NCBI GenBank assembly: GCA_039000165.1
Contig: JAWBTW010000001.1
Span: 13,179 to 77,178 of the forward strand
Direction of reading: 5' to 3'
DNA from: Candidatus Aenigmatarchaeota archaeon
Lineage (GTDB): Archaea; Aenigmatarchaeota; Aenigmatarchaeia; CG10238-14; SCSR01
Length of the DNA: 64,000 nt
The notes under the pieces were generated by a model, which was not told the origin of the DNA, ran no database searches, and was given only the letters and a program-made list of their open reading frames with translations. A program made the translations under genes and the position numbers. Position 1 is the stretch's first letter. The number at the start of each line of letters is the position of its first letter. Positions 9,656 through 18,681 of this stretch are shown here, piece after piece.

Positions 9656-10372
9656 ATGAGAGTTAAGCTTTTAGCTTACACTCCGAACCCTGAGTTAGTG
9701 GTTGCAGCTTCTGCTACTACTTCTTTTAAAAAGAAACCACCTTCCCATACTTTTGAAAAATATAAAAGAGAAATGTCTAGAGAAAAAATTAAAAAGATAA
9801 TAAGGGATTTGCTTAGACATAATCACCTTTCTCCTTTAGAGCATGTTTCATTTACTTTTGCTTTGGAAGAAGTTTCAAGAAGTTTAACACATGAGCTTGT
9901 AAGGCATAGAATAGCTTCTTACACTCAACAAAGTCAAAGATATGTGAAAGTTGATACTAATGAAGAGTGGTATGTGATTCCACCAAAATTTGATGAAGAG
10001 AAGAAAAGAAAATTCGTTGAAATAATGAAGAAAATAGCAGAATGGTACGAAGAATTTATAAAAGAAGGAGTAGCTTACGAGGATGCAAGGTTTATTCTCC
10101 CCAATGCTACAAAAACCAACATTGTTGTTACTATGAACGCTAGGGAGCTTTACCATTTTTTTAGCTTAAGATGCTGTGCAAGAGCACAATGGGAAATAAG
10201 GAGTGCAGCCACAGAAATGTTAAGAATAGTTAAAAGAATAGCTCCCACATTGTTTGAAAGAGCAGGCCCTAGTTGTATGAAAGGTTTTTGTCCAGAAGGA
10301 GATCTTATGCCAGAAGAATGTAGAAAGATTGGAATAGCAAGAATACAGAAAAAGTTTAGGGAGCTGAAATAA
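9656..10372 (+). CDS. thyX: Flavin-dependent thymidylate synthase ThyX
   Basis: ThyX signature RHRIASYTQQS (RHR-X7-S). Confidence 0.85.
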   Translation: MRVKLLAYTPNPELVVAASATTSFKKKPPSHTFEKYKREMSREKIKKIIRDLLRHNHLSPLEHVSFTFALEEVSRSLTHELVRHRIASYTQQSQRYVKVDTNEEWYVIPPKFDEEKKRKFVEIMKKIAEWYEEFIKEGVAYEDARFILPNATKTNIVVTMNARELYHFFSLRCCARAQWEIRSAATEMLRIVKRIAPTLFERAGPSCMKGFCPEGDLMPEECRKIGIARIQKKFRELK

Positions 10373-10505
10373 TGGGAATAAAAGGGCTAATAAGAGATGC
10401 TGTTATGATTTTTGTCGCGTTTCAGCTTTTAACTAATGGTATGGAAAAAACTCACTTAGCTTATCTTCTTATAGGTGTTGTTATCTTCTTTACCCTTCTC
10501 GGTTT

Positions 10506-11756
10506 TTGGAGGTTAGTTTCTTGAAAGAAAAAGTTTTGGATATAATAAAAAAACAGAACGAATGGAGAAGAAAAGAATGCATAAATTTAATAGCCTCTGA
10601 AAGTGTTTTGTCACCTTTGGCAGAAAAGTGTTTTGTTTCTGATTTTGAAGGAAGATACAACGAGCATTCAGGAAAAGAATGCCATTACCAAGGAACCAAG
10701 TATTCTTACGAAATTGAAGAATTTTGTAACGAAATTTTTAGAAAAAAATTTAAAACAAGGTTTGCTGATGTAAGACCGATTTCTGGAGGAATAGCCAATC
10801 TTATAGTTTACACAGCTTTCTGTAAACCAGGTGACATAATAGCAAGTCTGGGGATTCAAAACGGAGCCCATGTAAGCTCAAGCCAGTATGGTTTAGCAGG
10901 AGTGAGAGGTTTAAAAAGTGTAGAAATGTTTTTCGATGAAAAGAGAATGAACATAAACGTTGAAAAAAGTATCGAGTTGATAAGAAGAGTTAAACCAAAG
11001 CTTATAATGCTTGGAGCTTCTGTTATTCTTTTTCCTGAACCCATAAAGGAAATAAGTGAAGAGATAAAGGATGTGAAAATTGTTTACGATGCTTCTCATG
11101 TTTTTGGTTTAATCTATAACGATGAGTTTCAAGAACCACTAAAAGAAGGAGCAGATTTGATAACTTCTTCCACTCATAAAACTTTTCAAGGGCCACAAGG
11201 TGGCTTAATAATCGGAAGCAATAGTTTAAGTGAGGAAGAATGGGAAAAAATCCAAACAGCTATTTTTCCTGGAATATTATCAAACACTCACATTCATAGA
11301 TTCCCTGCTCTTGCTATAACTGCTTTAGAGATGAATGAGTTTGGAAGAGATTATGCCAAACAAGTAATTAAAAACGCAAAAACCCTAGCAAGAGAACTTT
11401 ATAATCTTGGTTTTAAGGTTCTCTGTCCTGAACTTGATTTCACAGAATCTCATCAAGTAATAGTTAACGTTAAGGAGTTTGGCGGAGGGAAGATAGTAGC
11501 TGAAAAGCTTGAAAAAAACAATATAATTTGCAACAAGATTGCTCTTCCTTCAGATTCTCCTCATGATGCAACAAAAAATCCTAGCGGAATAAGGCTTGGA
11601 GTTCAAGAGCTAACAAGGTTTGGAATGAAAGAAAGCGAAATGAAGGTTATAGCTGAATTTTTCAAGAAAGTTTTAATTGAAAATAAGAATGTTGAGGGAG
11701 AAGTAAAAGAATTAAGAAAAGAATTTCAAAAAGTTTGTTACTGTTTTGAGTCTTAG
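10506..11756 (+). CDS. glyA: Serine hydroxymethyltransferase
   Basis: PLP-lysine motif TSSTHKTFQGPQGG, 416 aa. The true start may be the TTG at 10521. Confidence 0.85.
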   Translation: MEVSFLKEKVLDIIKKQNEWRRKECINLIASESVLSPLAEKCFVSDFEGRYNEHSGKECHYQGTKYSYEIEEFCNEIFRKKFKTRFADVRPISGGIANLIVYTAFCKPGDIIASLGIQNGAHVSSSQYGLAGVRGLKSVEMFFDEKRMNINVEKSIELIRRVKPKLIMLGASVILFPEPIKEISEEIKDVKIVYDASHVFGLIYNDEFQEPLKEGADLITSSTHKTFQGPQGGLIIGSNSLSEEEWEKIQTAIFPGILSNTHIHRFPALAITALEMNEFGRDYAKQVIKNAKTLARELYNLGFKVLCPELDFTESHQVIVNVKEFGGGKIVAEKLEKNNIICNKIALPSDSPHDATKNPSGIRLGVQELTRFGMKESEMKVIAEFFKKVLIENKNVEGEVKELRKEFQKVCYCFES

Positions 11757-12940
11757 ATTTCAAACAACTTTGGCTTTTTTCTCTCTCTTTTTTCCATAAT
11801 CTTGATAACTTCTCTGATTTTCCTTTCACTTTCTTCAACTTCTTTTTTAGTGTTCCCTATCCCACAACTATTGCCAACACCAACAACAATTATTTTTCCC
11901 TTCTCCTTAGTTCTTTCTATTTCCTTTTCGACAAGTTTCAAAACCTTTTCTTTTGCTCCTAGGATTTCCTTTTTCATGGGTTGAATAGCTTCTTCTTCAC
12001 TCATTTTGATTACTATAGTGGTTATGGGAATTTTCTTTTGTACAGCTATGTTTTCTATGTAGGCTTTATCAACTCCTATTCCACCGATAGCAACTCCTAT
12101 TCCTTCAGCTATACTTCCTGTTTCTTCACCTTCAAGCTTGACAGCAGCATCTATCGTTATTATTTTTGCTATTTTTTCCTTTTTTGTTAATTTCTCAACA
12201 GCTTTACCTAGCCTCCCTAACCTTCCACCAGGTCCTTTAGCTCTTATTATGTAAACTTCCTTTCCTCTTATTTTTCTCTTTGCAAGCAGAGTATCTTTTT
12301 CTATTTCCATTAGCCTGCTGTTCTCTACTAAACTTGCACCTATCAAGTTTCCTATCGCGTCACCTATAGGCCAACCGTTAGTTAATGCTTCAGTTCCGTA
12401 ATATAAGGCTTTTGAGACTCTTTCTATAAGAGGCATGTTGAACTGGAACAACAAACCAAGTTGGAAATTTTTAGTTTTTTTCACTAAGCCTAAGTAATGC
12501 TTAACAACTTTAGAAAGATAGTTTAAACTTATAGCTCCAGACAATCCCATCATCAAGTTTGCTTTTGTTTCTGCATCATTTTCTTTGGCAATTTGGTCCA
12601 CAAAATAGCTAAGCCTCTCTTCGGCCAAATTTGAGATGTGTTCAAACTTGCTTATTATCCCGTACGGGTCCAGCTTTACAGGCTCTATCGTGAAAAATTC
12701 AAGAAAGTGTTTAATCTTTTCTTTAAGTTCCTTAGAAGGTTTTTTTGCAATCTTTCTGATTAGTATATTTTGGGCGTCAGCAAGATATGAATCTATAGTT
12801 CTTGCTATCTCTTCCATCCTCCAAACAACTTGGAAATAGTTGAGCCTTAAGTAGAGTACGGGTAAGACTACAAAAATTATTATTAGGTAAATGATTGTCC
12901 AAATGTTAATTTCAGGTTTAAAAATATCCATTTTTATCAA
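11753..12940 (-). CDS. Conserved archaeal membrane protein (DUF1512-like)
   Basis: N-terminal TM segment followed by a Gly-rich AIGGIGVD / GVGNSCGIGN region. Confidence 0.4.
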   Translation of the reverse strand: MIKMDIFKPEINIWTIIYLIIIFVVLPVLYLRLNYFQVVWRMEEIARTIDSYLADAQNILIRKIAKKPSKELKEKIKHFLEFFTIEPVKLDPYGIISKFEHISNLAEERLSYFVDQIAKENDAETKANLMMGLSGAISLNYLSKVVKHYLGLVKKTKNFQLGLLFQFNMPLIERVSKALYYGTEALTNGWPIGDAIGNLIGASLVENSRLMEIEKDTLLAKRKIRGKEVYIIRAKGPGGRLGRLGKAVEKLTKKEKIAKIITIDAAVKLEGEETGSIAEGIGVAIGGIGVDKAYIENIAVQKKIPITTIVIKMSEEEAIQPMKKEILGAKEKVLKLVEKEIERTKEKGKIIVVGVGNSCGIGNTKKEVEESERKIREVIKIMEKRERKKPKLFEI

Positions 12941-13019
12941 TTTTATAATGTGCCTAGTCTTTTTAAATGTTTGGTATATAAATATATCTTTTAAGCTCTA
13001 ATAAATTTTTAGTGGAAAT

Positions 13020-13712
13020 ATGCGTTTTAAACCTGTACTAGCTGCCATAATAATAATAGCGATAATTGGTTTACTTTTTTTCACAGATTCTGGTAAAAAG
13101 TTAGTTGAATTTTTAAGCGGAAAAATTGGCGAAACCGCTTCTTTTATTCTTGGAAGAAATACAAAAACTTTCAAGATGATTCTAGAATTAAGTTTAGAGA
13201 ATAAGAAAAACTTCTATGGGAAAAGTTTCTTGGCAGAAAATTCCAACTTTACAGCCAAAAGTGTTTACAACTTCATTTCTGTAGATGGAGGTATAGAAAA
13301 AATTTCTGGAAGCAAAAGGGTCGAAATAGAATTGAAAGGGTTGAAAGGTAGACTTGAGGTTTCAAATGTAGGAACTTTAAGAATTTCTGGGGAGGCAAAT
13401 TACATAAGGATAGGAGAATATGAAAGAAGTAGAGATAAAGCTTATCAAGTCGAAATAGAAGCTTTACCCTTTGATTGTTCTCCTACCTGTACCTTTAAGG
13501 CTGAAAATCTTAAATCAGACTTAAGCTTTTCCGTGATTAATGGAGAAGTAAAAAAACTTAGGAATGACGGAAGCGTGGACCAAATAAAGTATTTAAAAGA
13601 AGAGAGTTTGATAATCCAAGGGTTTATTGGCAGCTTTGAGTTGAACAATTCTTTAATACTCAGTGGGGAAGCTACTCAAGTAAGAGGAAGTGATTTCCTT
13701 TACACAGGCTGA
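13020..13712 (+). CDS. Hypothetical secreted or membrane-anchored protein
   Basis: N-terminal hydrophobic segment, 230 aa. Confidence 0.4.
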   Translation: MRFKPVLAAIIIIAIIGLLFFTDSGKKLVEFLSGKIGETASFILGRNTKTFKMILELSLENKKNFYGKSFLAENSNFTAKSVYNFISVDGGIEKISGSKRVEIELKGLKGRLEVSNVGTLRISGEANYIRIGEYERSRDKAYQVEIEALPFDCSPTCTFKAENLKSDLSFSVINGEVKKLRNDGSVDQIKYLKEESLIIQGFIGSFELNNSLILSGEATQVRGSDFLYTG

Positions 13713-13717
13713 GCGAA

Positions 13718-14160
13718 TGAATGCTAAAAAAGAAAAACCTAGAATAGCTGTTTTTGTTGATGGTCCAAATATGCTTAGGAAAGAGTTTGCTATAGACTTG
13801 AGAGAGCTTAAGAAAAGAGTGAAAAAGTATGGCAGAATAGTTATAGCAAGGGTGTTTTTAAATCAATTTGCTCCTGAAAAGTTGATAGAAGCTGTTATAA
13901 ACGAAGGTTTTGAAACTATAATGGTTTTGGCAAAAGAAGAGGAAGAAGCTCAAGATGTAGATGTTGCTTTAGCCGTTTCAGCAATGGAAGCTATTTTAAC
14001 AAAAAATATCGATGCGATAGCCTTAGCGACAAGAGATGCTGACTTTTTGCCAATAATTCAGAAAGCTAAGGAATATGGAAAAAGGGTAATAGTTTTAGGT
14101 GCTCAACCAGGTTTTTCAGCTTCACTAAGAAATGCTGCAGATTTTGTTGAAGAGCTCTGA
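13718..14160 (+). CDS. NYN-domain (LabA-like) protein, predicted ribonuclease
   Basis: PRIAVFVDGPNM motif typical of the NYN/LabA family. Confidence 0.6.
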
Positions 14161-14206
14161 AAGGGTTTAAATCTATAAAATACAATATAAAAATAAGGTG
14201 GTGTAA

Positions 14207-14536
14207 ATGGGTTTGATTACAGATTTGCTCAAAGGTCTGAAAAAAGAAGAGACTCTAGTAGAATTGCCAGCAGAGGAAGAAGAGAAACCTTTAGTTCATG
14301 TGAGAGTTGAAACTTTACATGATTTTGTTGATGTTGACAGAATAACAAGGTTAGTTAAAGAAGGAAATATTGTTTTCTTAAGAACTGCTCAGATGCAAAA
14401 ACATGACCTAGGAGAATTCAGGAACAGCGTAGAAAAACTGAAAAGAGCAAGCAAACAGTTTGGTTGGGACATAGTTGGATTAGAAGAAGGTTATCTAATA
14501 ATAACACCAAGCTTTGCAAGAGTAGAAAGAAGCTAG
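14207..14536 (+). CDS. sepF: SepF-like (DUF552) cell-division protein
   Basis: 109 aa with a core resembling SepF (VHVRVETLHDFVDVDRITRLVKEGNIVFL...IITPSFARV). Confidence 0.55.
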   Translation: MGLITDLLKGLKKEETLVELPAEEEEKPLVHVRVETLHDFVDVDRITRLVKEGNIVFLRTAQMQKHDLGEFRNSVEKLKRASKQFGWDIVGLEEGYLIITPSFARVERS

Positions 14537-14892
14537 AGCTTAAAGAAAAGCCAGTAGTTTTTCTTGAAATTGACCAAGCAATACTTCCCTTGTAACTTTT
14601 TACCGTTTACTCTGAAAACTATTTTTTTGTTGTCTTTTTCCTCGAGAAAATATGTTCCTTTATCCCAAATTTCAACTTTTCCAGCTCCGTATTGTCCTTC
14701 TGGAATTTCTCCTTCAAAATTAGCATACTCCAAATCATGGTCTTCAACTTGAATTGCAAGTCTTTTAACACCTTTTTCTTTTGGAGGTTCTTTTGGAACA
14801 GCCCAGCTTTTTAGTTTACCTTCCATTTCAAGTCTTAAGTCATAATGCAAATGCCTAGCTTGATGCTTGTGGATTACATAAATTTTTTCCAT
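14533..14892 (-). CDS. Stand-alone LigD-type 3'-phosphoesterase (PE) domain protein
   Basis: HKHQARHLHYDLRLE matches the PE-domain signature. Confidence 0.7.
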   Translation of the reverse strand: MEKIYVIHKHQARHLHYDLRLEMEGKLKSWAVPKEPPKEKGVKRLAIQVEDHDLEYANFEGEIPEGQYGAGKVEIWDKGTYFLEEKDNKKIVFRVNGKKLQGKYCLVNFKKNYWLFFKL

Positions 14893-14922
14893 ACTTATAT
14901 TTTAGGAATAGAAAAATATGAT

Positions 14923-15546
14923 GTGGAGCAATTAGTTCAATTGATAGAAAAATTGAAAAAAAGCGAAGTAAGTAAATTAATTGAAACTAGGATTAAAGAA
15001 TTCGAAGAAAACAGAAAAAAGTCAAGCGAAGAAATTTTTAAAGAGCTTTGTTTTTGTATTTTAACTGCAAACTTTAACGCAGAAAAGAGCATAAGAATTC
15101 AGGAAAAAATTGGTAACGGATTTTTGTTTCTGGAAAAAGAAGATTTAGAAAAAAAGTTAAAAGAGCTTGGCCATAGGTTCCCAAAGACAAGAGCTTATTA
15201 TATAGTTGAAGCAAGAAAGTTTAAAGATAAGTTAAAAAAAATTATGGAAAGTTTAAAAGAAGAAGAATTGAGAGAATGGTTAGTAGAAAATGTTAAAGGT
15301 TTAGGATACAAGGAGGCGAGCCATTTTTTAAGAAACATTGGTTATAAAAATTTTGCGATTATAGATTTCCATATTCTTAACTTACTTGAAAGATTTGGAT
15401 TAGTTAAAAAGCCTAAAACTTTATCAAGAAAAAAGTATTTTGAAATTGAAAATTTGCTTAGAGAAGTTGCTAAAATAGTTGAGTTAAATTTAGCAGAACT
15501 TGATTTATACCTTTGGTACTTAGAGACGAAAAAGGTATTAAAATAA
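14923..15546 (+). CDS. ogg: 8-oxoguanine DNA glycosylase / N-glycosylase-DNA lyase (Ogg2 family)
   Basis: HhH-GPD motif KGLGYKEASHFLRNIGYKNFAIIDFHI. Start taken as GTG 14923 to avoid a 5' overlap with the divergent gene. Confidence 0.65.
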   Translation: MEQLVQLIEKLKKSEVSKLIETRIKEFEENRKKSSEEIFKELCFCILTANFNAEKSIRIQEKIGNGFLFLEKEDLEKKLKELGHRFPKTRAYYIVEARKFKDKLKKIMESLKEEELREWLVENVKGLGYKEASHFLRNIGYKNFAIIDFHILNLLERFGLVKKPKTLSRKKYFEIENLLREVAKIVELNLAELDLYLWYLETKKVLK

Positions 15547-15571
15547 TTTTTTAGAAGTTCAAAGTAAAATT

Positions 15572-16292
15572 ATGAAAAAAAAAGGATTAAACTAAGTGTT
15601 AAGAAAGGATACGAGATCTGGTCAAAGACCTACGATTTAGATGAAAATCCTTTAATTACTTTAGAAGAAAACCGTTGTTAAAAATTATAAGGAATGTTAG
15701 GGGTAAAAAAGTTTTAGACGTAGGCTGTGGTGCCGGAAGAATAACCCTTAAACTTCTTAAGAAAGGGGCAAAAGTTTATGGAATAGATATTTCTAAAAAA
15801 ATGTTAGAAAAAGCCGAGACTAAAACAAAAAATTTTAAGAGTAAAGTTGAATTTAAAGTAGCGTCTGTGTATAAAATTCCTTATCCTAAAAATAGCTTTG
15901 ATTTGGTTGTATGTAACCTGGTAACTTCGCACTTAAAAAACTTAAATAAAGCTGTAGCCGAGATGGCGAGAGTTTTAAAACCAAAAGGTTTCTTGATAAT
16001 CTCTGATTTACATCCTTATGTGATTGTTAACGGAGGAGTTGCTAACTTCTTTCAAAATGGTAAAGAATATGTGATAAAAAATTATTACCACTCTTTTGAA
16101 GAGTATTTCAACAGTCTGAAGAAAAATGGACTCAGAATAGTTGAAGTTAAGGAGTTGAAAGACACAAAAGAAGCTATAAACGTTGTTATAAGGCTCTACA
16201 GAAAGTATAAGAGAAAAATCATTCCTAAAAAAGAATACGAAAAATGGTTGGGAAAACCTGGGGCAATAATAATCAAAGCACAAAAGTTTTAA
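15572..16292 (+). CDS. Class I SAM-dependent methyltransferase, interrupted by two homopolymer frameshifts (A9 at 15575-15583, A4 at 15667-15670)
   Basis: Motif I VLDVGCGAGRIT lies in the main ORF (15675-16292). An N-terminal segment YEIWSKTYDLDENPLITLEE sits in another frame upstream. Confidence 0.6.
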
Positions 16293-17365
16293 AATGGTCT
16301 TTGTTCTCTTCTCAATGAAAACAAACTTGCAAGATTCCCAACTTTTGTTAACAAATCGTAGTAAAATAACTCTAAATCTTTTTCTGTAAGTTTTGCTCTT
16401 TGGTCTGCTTCTATAAGAACAGAAGGCATTCCATAGCCTGCATGCCCGCTCAAAGCAAGCAAAACAGAAGAAATAAAATTTGCAGTTTTTACACAATCTT
16501 TTTCTCCTAGAAAATCAACTCTAATTGGTCTATCAAACTCAGCAGTTTTTAGATAGAATGAAAATATTGAATTTGAAAATTCACCAAACTCTTTTAGAAT
16601 AGGATGCTTTTCTGGTTCAGGAGAATAGTTGAAAACACAAGTCCTTTCGTTTAGCTTTAAAGCATAAGTTAAAAGATTGGTATCTTTTGAGTTTTCAAGC
16701 AAAGGTTTAAACTCTATCAGTTCAGGATTAAGGTTAGCTTTTTCTTTAACTATCTCACAAAATCTTGTTCCTCTTGAGTCTTCTATTACTCCAGCCAAAA
16801 TACAATTTTTTTCTCTAGCTTTTGAAAAGAGGTTTAAATAAGATTGAATCAAGTTTTCGTAAGTTGGAAAAAGTATCGAATCTTTAGCTGGTTTTTCTGT
16901 ATAGTGAGGGATTATTGAACCGTCAAGAAAAACTATGTCAGGTTTAAAATTCTCTATAACCTCAAAAGCTATAGAAGTCTCAACTATTTGTCTCTCGTAA
17001 TTTGAATTAAGCTCAAGCTCTATCTCATGCAAAGGTTCAAAAATTATTTTTGGAATAGGCGTTGGTAAAGCTTCAGGATAATATTCAACTTTTTCAAGCT
17101 TTCCTCTTGAGTAAAAGAATATTACCCCAACTGCTCTTAAAAGCATCAAATCCACACCGTGTAAAGAACGCTTCACTATTCCTCCATCTATACCAGCAAT
17201 TTTCAAGTTTTCAAGTTTTGACTTTTCAACTTCAAAAAAAGTTTTTTCCTCTATTCCAGAAGAAATAGAAATTTTTCTTAGAACTTCAGCAAGCCTTATT
17301 CTCTCTGATTCCATTTTTTCGATTTTCTTAGCAAGCTCTTCCGTTATCTTGAACAAATCTTCCAT
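16289..17365 (-). CDS. nurA: NurA-like 5'-3' nuclease domain protein
   Basis: IAGIDGG motif resembling the NurA catalytic region, 358 aa; no herA neighbour. Confidence 0.45.
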   Translation of the reverse strand: MEDLFKITEELAKKIEKMESERIRLAEVLRKISISSGIEEKTFFEVEKSKLENLKIAGIDGGIVKRSLHGVDLMLLRAVGVIFFYSRGKLEKVEYYPEALPTPIPKIIFEPLHEIELELNSNYERQIVETSIAFEVIENFKPDIVFLDGSIIPHYTEKPAKDSILFPTYENLIQSYLNLFSKAREKNCILAGVIEDSRGTRFCEIVKEKANLNPELIEFKPLLENSKDTNLLTYALKLNERTCVFNYSPEPEKHPILKEFGEFSNSIFSFYLKTAEFDRPIRVDFLGEKDCVKTANFISSVLLALSGHAGYGMPSVLIEADQRAKLTEKDLELFYYDLLTKVGNLASLFSLRREQRPF

Positions 17366-17428
17366 CCATTCTTATTTGGAATCAGAAGTAATAAAAAGTT
17401 TTTTAACTTACAAGAAGGAAAAAAGATT

Positions 17429-18181
17429 ATGGTAGATTTCAAAAAATTTAATACTTTCATTTTTGATTTAGACGGAACTGTTTGGAACTGGGTAAGTTTG
17501 CTTCCAGGAGCAAAAGAAATTATTCAAAAATTAAAAAAAGAAGGAAAGCAAGTTCTTTTTGTCTCAAATAATAGTATGCTTTGCAGAAGAAAGATGGTAG
17601 AGAAGTTAAGAAGCTTTGGGATAGAGGTTAAAGATAACGATTTGATAACTTCAAGTTTTGTTGCCGCGAACTACTTAAAAATTAAAAATGCTAGTGCTTT
17701 TCCTATAGGTCAAGGAGTGAAAGAAGAGTTGGAAGAAAATGGTGTAAAAATTGATGAAAATAAACCAGAATATTTGGTTGTCGGTCAAGACTTAAGCTTT
17801 AACTGGGAAAAACTGATGAAAGCTTACGAGATAGTAAAAAATGGAGCAAAGATATTGGCTACAGCAAGAGGAAAGGTTTATTTTGAAGGAGAAAAATTGA
17901 TGCCAGCTACAGGAGTTTGGGTCAGTGCTATAGAATACATAACGGATAAAAAAGCAAAGCTTATAGGCAAACCTTCTAACGAAATGTTAGAAACTATTCA
18001 GCTTTTTGTTTGCTCACCAAGAAAAGAAACTGTTTTGATTGGTGATGAATGTGATTCAGATATAATGGCAGGAAAGATTCTTGGTTACTATACTGTTTTG
18101 GTTAAAACAGGAATAGATAAGGAGGCAAAAAAGGTCAAACCAGACTTGATAATAGATTCTTTAGAAGAAATAAAGATTTAA
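17429..18181 (+). CDS. HAD-superfamily subfamily IIA hydrolase (NagD-like phosphatase)
   Basis: HAD motifs FIFDLDGTVW, VSNNS and GDECDSDI. Confidence 0.7.
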   Translation: MVDFKKFNTFIFDLDGTVWNWVSLLPGAKEIIQKLKKEGKQVLFVSNNSMLCRRKMVEKLRSFGIEVKDNDLITSSFVAANYLKIKNASAFPIGQGVKEELEENGVKIDENKPEYLVVGQDLSFNWEKLMKAYEIVKNGAKILATARGKVYFEGEKLMPATGVWVSAIEYITDKKAKLIGKPSNEMLETIQLFVCSPRKETVLIGDECDSDIMAGKILGYYTVLVKTGIDKEAKKVKPDLIIDSLEEIKI

Positions 18182-18648
18182 TCACTTACTTTTCTTAGAT
18201 ATTTTTTGTACCAGTTCTGAATCGAGGATTTAACGTTTATTTTTCTAACTAAAGCTTTAAGTTCGCTTACCCCTACTCGGAAGTGCCACCTTCCTTTTTT
18301 TGTTATAGAATAAACTCTTCTTGGTTTTTCGGCTATAATCATTTGAGATTCTACAAGACCTCTTTCTTCTAAAGACCAAAGAGTTGGATAAACTGTGCTT
18401 GCTCCTGGATTATAACCAAACTTTTCTCTTAATTTTTTCATGATCTTATAGCCGTGAAGATTTCCGTAATGTTCCAAAAAATAAAGTATTAAAAAATCTA
18501 TACAGCTTCTAATCCATCTTCTTCTGTATTGCCTAGCAACATCTCCATAATTTTCAGTAGGCAAAATTACTGGATATTTTTGAGTTACTTGTGGAAAACT
18601 CATGAAAATTAAAGGAAAAGTAAACTTTTTATGTTTTTCTAAAACCAT
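18178..18648 (-). CDS. PadR-family winged-helix transcriptional regulator
   Basis: LHGYKIMKKL...TVYPTLWSLEERGLV motif. Confidence 0.6.
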   Translation of the reverse strand: MVLEKHKKFTFPLIFMSFPQVTQKYPVILPTENYGDVARQYRRRWIRSCIDFLILYFLEHYGNLHGYKIMKKLREKFGYNPGASTVYPTLWSLEERGLVESQMIIAEKPRRVYSITKKGRWHFRVGVSELKALVRKINVKSSIQNWYKKYLRKVSD

Positions 18649-18681
18649 TTAATTTTTAAGTTCAAAATAATAAATCTATAG

